Source of the DNA: Marsupella aquatica
Lineage: Eukaryota > Plantae > Marchantiophyta
NCBI GenBank assembly: GCA_973895155.1
Contig: OZ316894.1
Span: forward strand, 12,998,828-13,062,827
Length of the DNA stretch: 64,000 bases
Direction: 5' to 3'
Positions within the stretch are counted from its first letter, which is position 1, and each line of letters opens with the position of its first letter. The position numbers and the translations under genes were made by a program. Of this stretch, positions 31,150 to 45,601 are shown piece by piece. The notes beneath the pieces are model-generated. The model ran no database searches and was not told where the DNA came from. It saw only the letters and a program-made list of their open reading frames with translations.

Positions 31150-34100
31150 TTTGGTGTTGTTCTACTTACCACATGGGGCCCAAAATAAGGTCCGGAATCT
31201 TCCTCGCTAGCATGAAGACCCTGTTTGATCATAAAAAAAGGAGAAGATAATGACATAGGAAATGAGTAAACATGAGCATGTTCTAGTCCCTTGAATGTAT
31301 TGGGAGAAAACGTTTGAACCAATTTTTACGAGGCAACTCTTACCACCAATTTTTACCTCCATGTCCGATCATTCAAAATGACACTTGCTTCAGGCCAGCA
31401 AAATTGCTAGTCCAATCACGCCAACACTTTTGGCCACTCACACAAGGTACGGGCTCCAGGTACAGGCTCCCACATGTGAAAATTCCCACCCGAGGCAAAG
31501 AAAAAATGGAAAAGTATAGCGCAATTCCCTCGTGACAAGAATCCGCATCTCATTACTGACGAGTCAAGGATGATTAAGGCCGTTTGGAGCCTAATCAAGT
31601 CACTTGTGACTGAACGGGACAATTACCATTTGAACCACAGGCAAATGCAAGGCAAACCCTCCACTTAAACAAAGCCAGACACCCTAAAACCTCTTGTCTT
31701 TGGAATCGCTCTCCCGATCATTTCCACTGCCTCCATCTCGAGTTCATTGATTTGGAACTGCTATCATTATTACAAGTCCTCAACACTCACCAGATCAAGT
31801 TCAGGTACGCGCCTCTCTATGGCTCTGATCATTTTTCAGTGAAGAACTCTTCGTCAAGGCATTCAATGTTTTTCAGCGTGGAAAGGCTTTTCATTTCACG
31901 GATGGCATTCATTTTTAATCACTGTTTGGTTCTTGTAAGTGTAGAGACATGTCAGGGGTTCCAACCATTCCTCCTAACGGGAAATGGCAACTTGAGGTCC
32001 GTCGTTACAACCCGACAATGGATGGCCCTCTGGAAGATGACTCTTTGCCAAAGCGTCTAACCAATGCCAACACTGTCAAGGTCTTCGCAGATAGCAGTGT
32101 CCCAACCGCAGTAGGTCAAAAAGATCAATTTGTTGGATCATCATCATCATTGAGGCGAACACCAACCCCACCAAAGTCAGGTCTACCAGCAAAGTCTCCA
32201 GATAAGCCGAAGGTAGATGTCACACAGCGCTTGCAAAAGAGGAGCAGTATTGGATTGAAAGGGAGATTCATGATTACTAGACGGAGGAACGCCTCGCGTC
32301 TTCGGATTACGATTTGGAGTCGGACACAGACTCCAATGCATACAAGGCGGCAAGCCCCTGAGTAGAGAGTCAGTTTGTGGGATTTACGGATATTTTCATA
32401 GTTGCAAAAGCATGACATGTACTTCCAATGTGTATAAGAAGTAAAGTTCATGCATTTTTATCTTGTCTGTTTTGTCCTTCAATGACATTCTATCCACCTT
32501 TTGTTCATTTCTGCCTCATTTCCCCATGAATCTGTCGCTTATTAGGGAGACAAACATGGACCCTTCTCAGACTAGCAATATCGCTAGTATAGGACCGACA
32601 TAATTATCTCTAGGTTAATCTGCTACGGGTTTAAGTTTTAGAGCATCCATTCAACAAAGGAGTACTGCAACCACCACATTGAACACATTCCCAACCTAGA
32701 ACATGTCATTGAACTCTGCGCTTGACCCTATACCTTAGATTGCATCGTATTAGAGAGTTTCGCAGACTAGCGACTCAATCGCAAGCATAAACACACATCG
32801 TTTTGATCATACCAACTTCAACTAGACAGATCCTAGACAGCTCTTTCAGGCCTCAGTGTCCAAATGAGTACTCGCCTGCAAGTTGAAGGTCTTCTTTTCA
32901 AATTTTTGAGTTGTATCTTGAAGACTTCCGAAGACTAGCGAGATCGCTAGCCTTTAATATAGATCATGAACACCATATAAACTATTCGTGTTAGGACCTT
33001 GCTAACATTAGGGAGATTCACTCGGTTTGTAAAGCATTACAAAAATAGGAACCAGTTGAACTAGAACATTAGTTTGGCCATAAGATTCAAATAATTTATT
33101 TCTTAAAGTTCAAAATAGATTGGTATTTGTGAAACCACTACCTCAAAAAATCCTCTCCCACCACCCTAAAATTAGCATCTCCAATAAAATACTAGTCCCC
33201 TATCTGTAACGGAATTAAACTCCTCACTTCCCCAACAGTCAGAATCGGCTGTTTGACAAGGTTGTCCCTCTCCAGGTTTAGTGAAAACTTATTTAAATAC
33301 ACCCACAACAGATGTTTCCAAGACATGTATGGTTTCCCTCGTGTATGCCTCTTATAAAAGTCTTCACAAGAACACGAAGGGAAACAACAGATTTGCACCC
33401 AATATGTGTGCGGAACTTGTGAATCAGTCTCATGAGTGGCGATCAAGTATCTCCAACCCCATCCATTTCCGGTACTTATCTTCTCATTTCTGATAACTCT
33501 CATGTACTCTTGTGTAACGGAAATGATGGGCTTGAGCAACTCTAGAGTATTGCTAAAACGCTGTCGTGCACCCTTACCATTTTGGGTTTTCAACCGACGG
33601 TCCACATTAGTTAGATTGATTCGTTCTGGGAATGAGTTAACATCAATTCGTAGGTTGACCCGGTGGGGGGAGGAGAACTCCCCAACTTCTTTTGCATCAA
33701 CATAGGACAGTCCACTGATCTGGAATCCTAATCTCAGCAGAAAATCTATCTCGAGATGGGAGCTCAGGCAAGTCCCACGTTGAACCTTGAGTGACTTGGG
33801 TGGGGGGGGTAGTTGAGCTAGAGTTCTGCGTCCTCGGCTCTTGTGACACTTATTGTTAGGACAGAAGTACAACAACTGGCGGTGTGGAGACGATAATCGC
33901 AACCCGCGACTCCAACAATTCCCCCTTGCGCGGACTTACATCTAGTCTCCTTGATGAGATTTCTACATTCATCTCTTCCAAAAATGCTTCGGTCAACCGA
34001 CCCGTTGCAAACAGGTCCAACACCTCTCTCGCTCCGCCTGAGATGCCAGGTCCCATAAGGAACATCAACCTCTCGGATGGAAGGGATCCTTTGGGGGGCA

Positions 34101-35211
34101 TCCTGATGGTCGTCCCCCACATCACGCGAAGGTTGAGTCCCCATCTGGTCGGTATCATTGACATTACGACTTGCATCATCACCATCGTCATCTGAAATAT
34201 GGATAACTCTAGGAGAGCAACCTCCAGCAGGAGTCCCCGAAGTTGTGTTCCTTGCTATTTCTGGATCCCCAGAAGTCTCTAAAACATTGACGCAGCGGAA
34301 TTCAGGGTAGAGATTACGCCTTTTTAGACCTGAAGGAGTGACACTTTGTCATGTCTATGGGAGTCATTCTCGTGGATTGTAGCTGAAGCTTTCCCTTTCC
34401 TCTTTGTCGATGTTGTTCGGATATCCCCATGTAATGGTACTGTTCTATAGAATTCATACTTAGCTGATGATTGAAGCAAAAGATTGGCTGCCTTTTCATA
34501 AGCATCCATTGATCCCATAGCATCGGCATTCCTATATGCTAACTCAAAAATGGTCAGCCCTTGGCCTCTGTGAACACCTTCAGTGTAGGTAGTAAATGCA
34601 GCAATTTGCCCCGCATCACAATTCTGGTCCACCTCACATGCTTCAATCAATCCCACTAGTTTATTCATTTGGCAGGATCTCATGGATGCATGAACTGATT
34701 CCGCTCCAGTACAATTTGGCATCAAGGTTGACTCCATTGTAGTTTGCGTCTGCAAAAAAAGTCCCCCGTCATAAATGGACCTAATATGCTAGCGAGATTG
34801 CTAGAAAAAACGAGGACATCAGAGAGAAAGGAAATAGGTCACTTACTACGCGGATGAAGTTTCCCCACTGCCTCCATCTCACTACCCACCAAGAAATCCA
34901 TCCTTGGAGAGACTTCAATTTCTGAGCATAGCAATTTCCTTCCTTCCACCAACGATGGATTTCATCGGCAACTCAGTATGCCTGGACATATGTTGGTGTT
35001 GTTCTCAGCCTTTCCCACATTTTATAGTGCTCCCGATGCCGATCTTCCCGAATACCCTCCAATGTGTGCCGACGAAGAGATTGAGCAAAGTGAAAAGCAT
35101 CACTATGCTCCTTCTCAGGGTGACGGACTCCTCCAAAAAAAAATTCCGAACGGCAATCCATCCAGCCTTGGCATTATTGACAATAAATCCTCCAATGACC
35201 AGGTCATGCAC

Positions 35212-37210
35212 AAAGACCTGGTCAAGGCGAGTAAAATCGATATAAAACACTTGGGAAACAGAGGTGTATTAAGGAAGATACGGCCTGATTAGTGTGACGG
35301 GTTAACTTGTGGTCGGAATTAACGGGTTCGGCTTCAGTTTTGGGTTAACCAAGCTCGGCCACGGCTTAGCTTAGGTAAGCACGGTTTCAGCTTATCTCAG
35401 GTAAGCACGGCTTCAGCTTAGCTCAAGTAAGCACAGCTTCAGCTTAGGCTTAACCCGGGTTTGAATTAGATTTATCCCGGGTTAGACTGAACTCGGGTTA
35501 GCCTAATTAAACTCGGGCTTGGGTTAGCATAAGTAAGTTCGGGTTCGGGCTCAGCTTAGCCTAGGTTAGCGGATAGCGGGTAGCGGCCTAACCCGAGACC
35601 ACGGGTTAGCTCTACTCGGGTTAGATAGGATAGCTAGGTTAGCCGAACTCGGGTTAGCTATGTAACTCGGGTTAGCGCAGTAGTGAGTACCCTCTCTCGG
35701 TTGCGGGGGCATAACTCTCTGTGTATTTGACCAAATCGGCTATAATTGACCTCGTTGGAAAGAGGAGCTCAAGCCGCTTCCAACGCTGCTATCCACGCAG
35801 CAAATGGTTCAATAGAGAAATCGGGAGAGGAGACGCAAGCTCACAAAAACCATGGAGGAGGGCCAAATCTGAAGTACATAGCCAATTCGAGATAGCAAGC
35901 AAGGCTGGACTTGGACGCTGCGTGTTGGGGAGAGCTTGGTTGTGCTATTATTCAGGGAGTAATCAGCCAAGCTTCACAGCTGCAACGGGTTGCTAGGTTT
36001 GCGAGCTGGATTGTGGCTCTTTCTAGTGGGCAGCACAACTGGGTTCTTTTCCCCCGATACAGAGCCTTGGTGATAGGTGATGTATTGGTGATTGTAAACT
36101 GTGGGGAGGATGTCAATTTGATTTGTGGTGAGCACATTAGGGAGGCTGAGATACTGATTGAGGGGCAGCAGAAGGAGCATTTACAGTTCGGTCTGGCAAG
36201 GCTACGTGATCCATGGGGAGTCCCGGCCTTTGTCTGGTAGAGAGCACTAAGGGATTTATGGCCAGAGCTGAGCTTGCAAGGCAAGCATGAGGCCGGGCCT
36301 CATTGCAGTCTGGGGTAGGTCACCGTTAGGCCTGGTACCAGCTTTGAAGTCGAGTCAACTATGCATGCGTAACTTGACGTTCTAAATTGGAGGTACGTGT
36401 GAGATCTGTATGTGCCCCCAAGAATGAAGTGCAGTGAAGGAGGTTGAGTTCAGGATTGAGTTTGCAAGGCAAGTAAGGGATTGGTTTGAGTCCAATCTGC
36501 CGTCGCAATCTGGAGTGAGCCGGGCTCAGGTTCAGGATTGAGCTTGCATGGCAAGCATGGGGCTTGCGGGGCAAGCACGTCACAATCTGGAGGAGACAGC
36601 CTTCGGCCCTAGTGTTCGGATCAAGTGTTCTCAGTGAACTATTGTGCACATCTTTGAATCTAATTAAGTTTTCCTCTCAGACCTCATTTCTCTCATGGAT
36701 GTGTGTGTGTGTGAGGCAATCTGAGTGTATGATGGGACTAGCAGCGCCACTGAGAGGTGTACAGGGTGCATTGAAGCGGGTTGGGTGAGGACTGTCATAG
36801 CTTTGATTGCTGAGAGTGGAATGGCAGAGTGGTGGGGCAATGGCTTAGAAGTCCCTAAGCCGGGAATCAGTCAGGAGTCACTGGTTTATGGGTACATTCC
36901 GGCGATGGAATAGAAACATACCTATGACAGTAAGCATACGTATAGACCTATGCGCATCGTAGCGCTAGGCCCTGTGTGTACGGGCCCGATATGAAGACCC
37001 CTTCTCACCAGAACTATCATGAGCGCAGATCTGATCCCCAACCTTGGTTCCTTGGGATTGAGCTTGGGTGATGTGTGATAGAGTCTTGCTATGATAGTCT
37101 GGTGTTTACCGGCCTTCACAACATCCCTTCATGATCCTCAGGTACAAGGAGATGGTTTTGGCACCCATAGTGACGTTTTTGGTGTTAAGACCCATGTCAA
37201 TCGCGTGACA
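35212..37210. mobile_element. Left-truncated copy of the 2.3-kb solo LTR inserted in the MULE transposase
   Basis: Colinear with ~26038-28106 and has the same gtgaca end. About 215 bp of the left end and the TSD are missing. Confidence 0.88.
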
Positions 37211-37284
37211 CTCGTCCAAGGGTAGCCATCATTTTCCCTATCCATGTCCTGAAGACCATATCCTCGACAAAATTGATCTTCGAC

Positions 37285-37630
37285 TGTGATTCAATTGGGA
37301 AATTATTTCATTCGATATGCTCTAATGGAGACGATATTGTTCCCATAAAGATAACCCCCAATGCTAGCGTCGGGTGCTATCTATTGAAGACCCATTATTC
37401 AAAGATAACTTGAACGGATATATGGGGCTCTTTTGCTAGCACCATGCACTAGTAAAGTATGAGTGGAAAAATGTGATTCAATTGGGAAATTATTTAATTT
37501 GATATGCTCTAATGGAGACAATATTGTTCCCATAAAGATAACCCCCAATGCTAGCGTCGAGCGATATCTATTGAAGACCCATTATTCAACGATAACTTGA
37601 ACGGATATATTGGGCTCTTTCGCTGGCTAG
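37285..37630. repeat. Tandem duplication, ~187-bp period
   Basis: tgtgattcaattgggaaatt...ggctcttt occurs at 37285 and 37472. Confidence 0.9.
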
Positions 37631-38206
37631 ATCCATTTGTATTCCTGGGTTTAGTAATGGTAACTTCAACGGATACCTTGTTACAACTCCGCTGTCCTCT
37701 GGTCAATCTGGGGACTTAATCAACGGTCCAAATTTCTCCAGGTGTTTGTCAAGTGTGAGCTCTAAACAATTATTGGTTTAACAGTCCTCCAGACCTTAGA
37801 TACCCCTTTCGGTTGAGTACGCCACCGCAAATATTTCCAATGACTGTACTCGTCGTACATTGAGGATACTTTGGGCTTTCTAGAGTTGTTTGAGGGGTGG
37901 AAGATTTGCCTCAATTACGTTGGTATCGTTGCGGGCTGACATACGGGAACTCCACAGAAGTAAGTGTATCCAACTCCCAAACAAATTCCTGACTAAACTC
38001 CCATACAATTCCAACTTGAATGGGAGTACATTGCAACACGGTGGGTGGGAGAGTATAACGAAATGGGATCTGGGTTGCCAAACCATTCTCAGTCTTCAGA
38101 GTCATCATATTCTAGTTGTGTTTTGAGTCAAAGGATAACTTGTTCCACCGTGCAATACCCCCTTAGTCAGGTCAAGCTTCCGTGTCCAAAACCGAGGCGA
38201 TAAAAA

Positions 38207-40660
38207 ATGGAGCAGGTTGGTGAGTTTGCTGTCCAGAATGCCGAAGATATTGAGAAATTGGTGGTTGATGTGATAGAAAAGCACGTCATGTTGTTTGGCG
38301 TTGATGCGAATGGATTACCGAAGGAGCCACCGTGGATTCCGTTATGCCGCCTCGTTCATATGGAGGTCGTTTGCACTCTTCAAAGGAATAGTCAATCAAT
38401 CGAGAAGCTGAAGGACTCCTTCAGGACATCTGGGTACAATTCATCCATAGGCATGCGGTTTTTTGTCCAGCCATCCAACGCTGAAGGTGCTCCACAGTTG
38501 TGTACAGATGAAATACGGAGCACCTGGGATTTGATTTGGGTAGTGGAGAACCAATTGTTTGAAGCCAAATGTGAAGCAGACCCCGCATTCCTGGTTCTCA
38601 AGGACAAAATATTCTTGGTTTTCAATGGGAATCATTGACTATTTTTGTGGACACAAGTTACTAATGAGAGTCCAGAGAATCCAAAGTATCATCCTTGAGT
38701 GCAATGCACAATATTCAAAGGGGACAAGGAATCTATCATCGAGATTGAAGCAGCGATGAACATTGTGAACCAGTGAGTTCTCCTTCACCAATGATTGAAA
38801 CTCTCAAATTTGTTGGTTTCTGTCTGTGAATTCTCTGTTCTTTCAGGTTTTAGGGTCTAAGTTAAGGCCAGGCACTATTTCTAATATGCTGAATTTTACA
38901 GGACGGGGCAAGCAGTTGTAGAGTCTTCTTGGATTCTGGATGCGGACAGAATCAGGAGGGTTTTGGCACATGATCTTGAATATTATAAACCCATCATAGA
39001 CAAAGCAAATTACACCAAATTTGAGAAAACGCAGAAAGGAACCCGAAAAGGTTTGTGGTTTACTAAGAAGATGCCAATGGAGGCCTTGGTCTATATCTTG
39101 TGTGAAAATAAGATCAAGTCCTACTCGCAGCAGTTCCTGGTGATGAAGACCCAGGCTAGCAATTCTGGTGCATCGTGGTCTGTCAAAGAGATGAGTCTTT
39201 GTCACAATCAGATGATGAAGGAAGCAACTAAGGAGTGGTCCGTGAAAACTCCGAAGCTCACTTCCTTGTTGAGCCCAGAGTTTGAAGATTTCATGGACAC
39301 TTGTGCCGAAATGTATAGTCTTACTGATCGACTGAAATGCAAGAAGGTCCCTGACACCATATTTTGCACGATGGATAGAGCTTGCTTGTTCGCTGCCAAA
39401 TTGGCATTAGATCCAAAGCTGCGAAGTACGCTTCTCGTTGCTCATTGTACTCCCGAGTTAAGGAAATAATTTTTTCATCCTTTTGGAGTTTTTGATGACC
39501 CCGTTAAGTAGTGGTATCACACCTGGCATGTTTGGAATACAATTGAGGGGATAGCCACTGCTCTCTTAGACGCGTCTTTGAACAAAGTTATGGCTTTGTG
39601 TACAGAACAACATCTTACAACACAGGTCGGAGAGGTCATGACATTTGAGAAGTTGAGGGCTATGATTTTAGAGGATTTTAGAAAGTACGGTGATTTCATA
39701 AGGGCCAAGTTCTTCAACAACATTTGGGAATCCAAGTACGCTGATAAGGAGGATTTGAGTGATGTCAATCGCAAGAGAGCAAAAAGATATCTATATCGAT
39801 ATTACATGAAAATGGAGAGGAGTGACCCCACCTATTTCTTGGCCTATCCTGGTGCCTTCCAAAAGTGGGTCGTTGTAATTTTGAGGTCTGAAGCGTTTGG
39901 GGACTTTCTTGGGTACTCTGTACCCAACAGAAGGTAATTTCCCCCCAAGAAAGATGACAAACTGCAAGGTTTTGCATTGTCCACCATGGTATCTTGACAT
40001 AGACAAGTGGAGTTCCCCATTTGATGATATAGAGAAAGATGCTTTCCAGAAGTTATCCAAGAATATAGATCCAAGAAACATTTGTCGGAGATGAAGCAAG
40101 GGATCAATTTAGAGATAGATCGATTGGCAATAGAGCTTCAAAGGATTTGCAAGATGCAAGTCGTCCAAGTTGCAAGAAGTCGGAAACCAAGAGCGAAAGC
40201 CAAGCAAGAAACAACCCCAAGTGGATCTCAGAAAGAGACCCGAAAGAGTGAGTCCCTACGTTTGTTTGTCTATTTTTGCCTAGTTGTCCATGGTTAATGT
40301 TGGCTAGCGCCCGATGCTATTATTAACCACAATTGTGTCTTTAGTAGGGTCTCAAAAATCAGACGCGGGGTTGGTTCTGGTAATGCTGGGACTGCAACAC
40401 CAGAGCCCTCTCATGAAATTAGTGCCGGAAAGGATGAGGAGCCGCCTGAGGATGTGAGTGCTCCACCCGTGGATGCAATGAGCATAAGGAAGAAGAAGAA
40501 ACGTCGTGTTTCTACGTCCAGGGGGTCTCAACGGGAAATGTTTGCAGCGATTGGTTTACAATGGAATGTGGGAGACTTCAAGGGGAATAAATCAAGACAT
40601 ACATTTGTGGAGTCCACCTTGGCAGAGTTCTACGAGAGTGTGTTCAAGCGGGAAGAGAAG
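38207..40660 (+). pseudogene. ParB/Srx-domain gene (5' part), intron-containing, degenerate
   Basis: IPLCRL..KLKDSFRTSGY..FLVFNGNH* (GNHR with CGA>TGA). Intron at 38773-38846 and a second donor at ~40248. Continues after the solo LTR at 53221. Confidence 0.65.
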
Positions 40661-41676
40661 TGTGATGCCTAGCCAGGAATCACTAGGCTAGTTAAAATGG
40701 TAAAACCGGGAGTGTACCCTGAAAACACATTAGTATAGTAACAAAAAACAAGGAAAATATGAACAATTAAGGGTGACTATGGAACCCGAGCCGAGGCCGG
40801 AAGTAAGGACGCCATGGCAGGGAACACAATTAGGGTTAGGACGCGCTAAGTGCCAGCAGCTATGGGTAACCAACGGGAAGATCGACCAGGAAGGGGGGGT
40901 AAGGCAAGGCAACCTAGGAATGACAACTCATATTTGCACCTTGAGCAAGTAAAGTGCAAGCAGAAGCCAATGACTGTCAGCTGCGGAGGAGAACACGAGA
41001 GGGACATAAGCATCTACCGAGCAAAGCCAGAGAAGGGAATGAGCAACATCAATCAAGCAGCACATATTTGGGGATGCTTGTTTGAACGGGCAAGTGAGTA
41101 CGTCGGGACTTACAAAGAGGAAGAATCAGAAAGAGCAGCCCGCGAGCGACAAGAACTTGCTTGGCTGTGGGAACTGCAGAAGACGGCCTTCTTAGGAGGA
41201 GAACTCATCAAGGCTGAATTCCTATGGACACCTACTGGCGATGAGCTTGATGACCTTCTAATTTGAGACAACAGAATTGTCGTCATCTAGGAAGCCATCA
41301 ACCACTGCAATGACATACACTGGGAGCTGAAGGGTAGCACGGAGGTGTGGACGAAGGCAACCGTACTTGGAGAAACATCCACAATAGCCGCAATGAAGAG
41401 GAAAGGGTCCAACAACAAAGAGGCCACCCCTGCAAAGAGATCAAGATCGGCGGCACCAAGGAAGCCAACCGAGCAAGGGAGCAGGAGGCAGGGAAAGCCA
41501 AAGAAGAGGAGGTCGACCCCATTAATGTTGTTCCAACAAGGGATGACACGCTGGCTGGGCGACGACCCTCCCCGAGGAGGTGCAATTACACTTTGCACGA
41601 GAGCGGGATGCATGCTTTACGGCTATGCAGACTTGGAAGTACCACGGCTTCATGGTCGGATCCGGCTTGGAAGCCT

Positions 41677-43893
41677 TGTAATAGAGGGGTTAAGCCCTTA
41701 AGGATAGTAAAGTTATCTTATGTGAAAAAAATAGTTTTCAATGACCATGTTGAGGACCTTGAATGACTATTTAAGCATCTATGAGTATATTAAGCTTGAA
41801 TCATGCCAAGGTGCATATAAAGATGTTATGGTCCCTCATCCGACTCAATAGTGAAAGAGGAATAAAACCATAAATGGATTGGTATTGGGAAAATCTGATA
41901 AGAAGGAGAGACCTACTTCAACCCCTCAAGCAAAGGTTTAACTTTGGAATTGAGGTTCAACTTTTCACAAATTTGAGTTAGACGGCTAATTCTAAGGTGA
42001 ATTAATCAGTGCATTTCAGCAACAAGTAGCTCAATCTTTTATCAAGGTTGTGTTACCCCACCTTCCAGTAGTTCATGGAAAAAATTACACCAACTAAGTG
42101 ATGGAAATTGAGGAGTTATTCCATCCGGAATTTGAACCGGTTTCCATCCGGTTTTTGAGCCAGTTTTTTATCCGGTTTGGACATACCATCCGGTAGAAAA
42201 ATTACCATAACTCTCAAACCATTTATCCAAATCAAGATCTGTAAAGTGTGTTGGAAAGCTCTTTCCGATGCGGTTAAGATATATATAAAGAAGTCTGAAA
42301 ATGGACTCGAAATGACCCACTTAATATTATGAGACTCCAACCGGTGCAACCAAGAGATATCCGAGATTTCCGGACAAATAATGGAATGAAGATTTTGAAG
42401 CGTTGCTTCCACACCATTTGACCTTCAAGATGTCTGACTTTGGACCAATAGAAAGCATGATCCATGGCTAAAGACCTTAACCAATCAAAATGTTGGATAA
42501 GTATGAAAGGATACTATGAAAAGATATACCCATTCATTGGAAGATGGAGAGACTCGATAGTCAAATTCTTATTACTCTGGCACTCCTACATTTTACTTAC
42601 ACCAATGGACATTATCTCAAGACCTCATTTTTGGAAACCTTTCACTTTGAAACCAAAAAATGTACTACTTGCTTCCTATTTTACTACTACCTTTGGAGGT
42701 GTCACTTTAATGCCAAACCCTCTCAACTCCATTGATCCAGTAGTAGACTCCACATCGGTGAAGCCTGACACTTCAACTCCTGAAGAGTAAAAAGTTATTC
42801 CATCCGGAAGTTGAACCGGCTTCCCATCCGGTTTCCCACCCGGTTTTTGATCCGGTTTCGTGTTTGAAGCCCTATAAAACTTAGTATACGAAGAATTAGA
42901 CTTTGAATTTTTGCTAAGCACTTTATCTCATAGTCTAGTTTCAGACTTTAGCATTACTTTTTACTTTTACACTTAGGTTAAGAATTGAAGAGGCATACCT
43001 CTTCAACTTTTGTTTAGAGGAGACTTGTCCCTAAGTATAAGAGGGAAAGTTTCCACCATTTTACTCAGACTTGCATTTCACTTGTGAAAGTCTCCTTCTT
43101 TGAAGAGAAGTAATAGATTCATAATTTTGGTGATCTATGCTTTGTGTTTGGACATTAGTGTGTGACCATTCTTGCTAGAAAATCTATGGAAAGTGACTAG
43201 CAATGTCATAGTCAACCTTTAGGCTGACTGGAAATGCATGCCTGAGACCATGCAAAGGTCTAAAGATTCATGTTGACTATGGAATACTTATGGCTTATTA
43301 AGTATTAGTGGAAGAAGCACCATACGAGAACTCACAAATTGCGTAGTCCTAAAAGAGCAATTGCTCTGAAGGATTGAATAGAAGAATAAGTTAGTTCGGA
43401 GTAATCAGTACCACCTTTGCCTTGACATAGGTCAGAAAGTTAATACGGGCTATCTTATATGCATCTTTTACAAATTCTTAGATGGTTGGCTTTAAAGATG
43501 AGCTTTAGGCATCAGCCTAATTTAGTCAGACTCTCTGTTGACTCTTAATCGTGCCTAACTTAGTCATAGATTGCTAAGTGGCGAGAGGAGATGAGACATT
43601 TAAGGCTCGCCTAATCCTCTCTTTACGCCTCCGGCTTTTGGTTGTTTTGTTATAGTTTTAGAATTAATTATTGCACTATTGATGATGCAAACATCACAAT
43701 ACCTGAGGATGTATTAAAAATTCCCTCCACCTGACCTAAGCATGTCGGTAAAGGCTTAAAATCTGAGATAGGTTAGCTTAACTATCTCAAAGTATATTAA
43801 TACAATCGTTTAGGTCTCACAAGCTCTTAACGGGAACGAATTCTGGTTGTTTAAGAGGAAAGTAGTTCATATTTCCTTAAACCCTACTCTACA
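41677..43893. mobile_element. Solo LTR (2217 bp), AT-rich, third family
   Basis: Starts tgtaatagaggggttaag and ends cttaaaccctactctaca (imperfect inverted termini). TSD agcct/cgcct has 1 mismatch. The host sequence rejoins colinearly. Confidence 0.85.
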
Positions 43894-45601
43894 CGCCTTC
43901 GTGAAATTACAATGGCTGAAGCCGGAGGTGCCAGATTCTAACTTATTAAAATTTGTGGGATCATGGGAGCCCGAGACAAATTCCACAAGGGTGTATGAGA
44001 AGGAGTTCTATCTCACTCCCTAGGTGATTCCCAAAGTGTTTGGCTTGCCGATGGGCAATAAGACCAAAGTAGATACCAGGAAGACCTTGCTAGACAAGGA
44101 GTTCCGATCGTTCCCAGGGCCATCAACAAAGAATGGCTTCTTCCGGAACACCTGCACCAACCCGCACATTGGGGAGATAATCAATTTCTTGCGGGTAACC
44201 ATGCACTGCAACCTGCCGAGGCCAGAGATCGGCAAGGCACAAGTCTACCTGGCGGAGAGGCCAGACTCAAGCTGAGACTACAATGGGTACCTCCTCACCC
44301 AACTAAAGAAGATCTTGAAGGAGGAACAGCAAGTGATCGGCAAGGGAAGCGTGTCCCAACTTGGCTATCACATGCCGTTGTTGTGCGGGTATGCCCGGAG
44401 TCTGAAAATCTTTGCCCCAGTACTTCCCCTACAGGCAAGACCACTGGAGGAGGTTTTGGACCAGAGGCCGGCAGCAGAGAAACCCAACCAGCCCGATAGT
44501 CCTACGATCGAGCAAGTGTTTAGGCAGAGGACGGAAGACTTGCCGATGCAGCAACCAGGCATGCAGAATCTTCTGAAATTGCTAGAGAAGGAAAAAAGGG
44601 CTGCAACAGCACCAACATCGGTACAGGACACTGCTCAAGAGGCAGGCCTAAGCCGACTCACAAGGGAAAACCCCTTTATCGGAGCCAAGGAAAGAAGGAG
44701 GCCGGAACACAAGCCGGGGGTTCCAATGTATGTGGGAGCCGCAAGTCCAGAAGCCGAGGGAGAGCAGCCCAAATCTCCGGGTTGCGATAGGAAGAAGGAG
44801 AGGTCAGCCCGGAAGCCGGAGGAGGAACCAAGACCCATGAGCTGTGTTTGGCAGGAGGCCGCGTTTGCAACAAGATCAGGAGAAGAACGGGGGGAGTTGG
44901 TAGTCCAAGCCGGGGAGGAGGTGGTGGAGGACTACGGTATGGGTCAGACCATCATGTCCCAAGAGTAAAGGACCTGTGGCCATTTTATCCCCACGCTTCC
45001 TAGAGTAGTTCGAGGGGACCCCACCCAGCAGAGCAGCCCCGAGTCTCCCCCACTAGATGTCACTCCCCTAAGATTTGACGGGATAAAACAAACGGCACAG
45101 GAGTTTCAGGAGCAACTCAGGGAAGAAGAGGAGGCAGCCCTGGCCAAGGAGAAGGATTTACCAGGGGGAGAATGGCCAAAGGACATCCGATGGCTTGCAG
45201 AAAGACAAAGCAGCCCACCAATCATGATAGGAGAGATCCGAAAGGCGGCTTGGGAACAAAGGCCGCGGTGGGTGATGCCGATGACTACTACTCACTCCAC
45301 CTATGCGCAAGAAAGAGCCATGGAGTACAAGGAGATGTGTGGGGAACTTGCGCTTAGCATCTTTGGGGAGGAGTTGGAGTAAGGACCCTTTTTCCAGAGG
45401 GAGATGTTGGAAAAAAGCCGATTGGAAGAAGCGATGGCTTTGGAGAGGAGGAAGAAGGACGAGGTCATCCGACGACTTAGGGAGAAGGAAGCCAAGGCAA
45501 AAGACCTGAAGGCGGCCAAGAAAGCCCAAGATGAGCTGCGGATTAAGCGGCATGAACTAAACATCATGCAGGGGCAACTGGATACCGCTCAGTCTGATAA
45601 T

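Larger units (their letters stand above)
33192..38108 (-). pseudogene. Mutator-like (MULE) transposase with C-terminal SWIM zinc finger, degenerate
   Basis: GFIV(N)NAKAGWIAVRNFF, FHFAQ, PNCTGAESVHAS and CSCEDF..KHLLWV motifs. In-frame GT-AG intron at 34750-34846. MDRENDGYPW continues right of the LTR at 37211. Several stops and frameshifts; 5' end uncertain. Confidence 0.7.

Noticed and set aside
31752-32451. Short ORFs, possibly a small spliced gene
   Set aside because: No recognisable motif. It may be a module accessory gene but cannot be supported.
31724-34880. 15-bp direct match ccactgcctccatct at ~31724 and ~34865
   Set aside because: Isolated, one copy is in coding sequence, and there is no flanking similarity.
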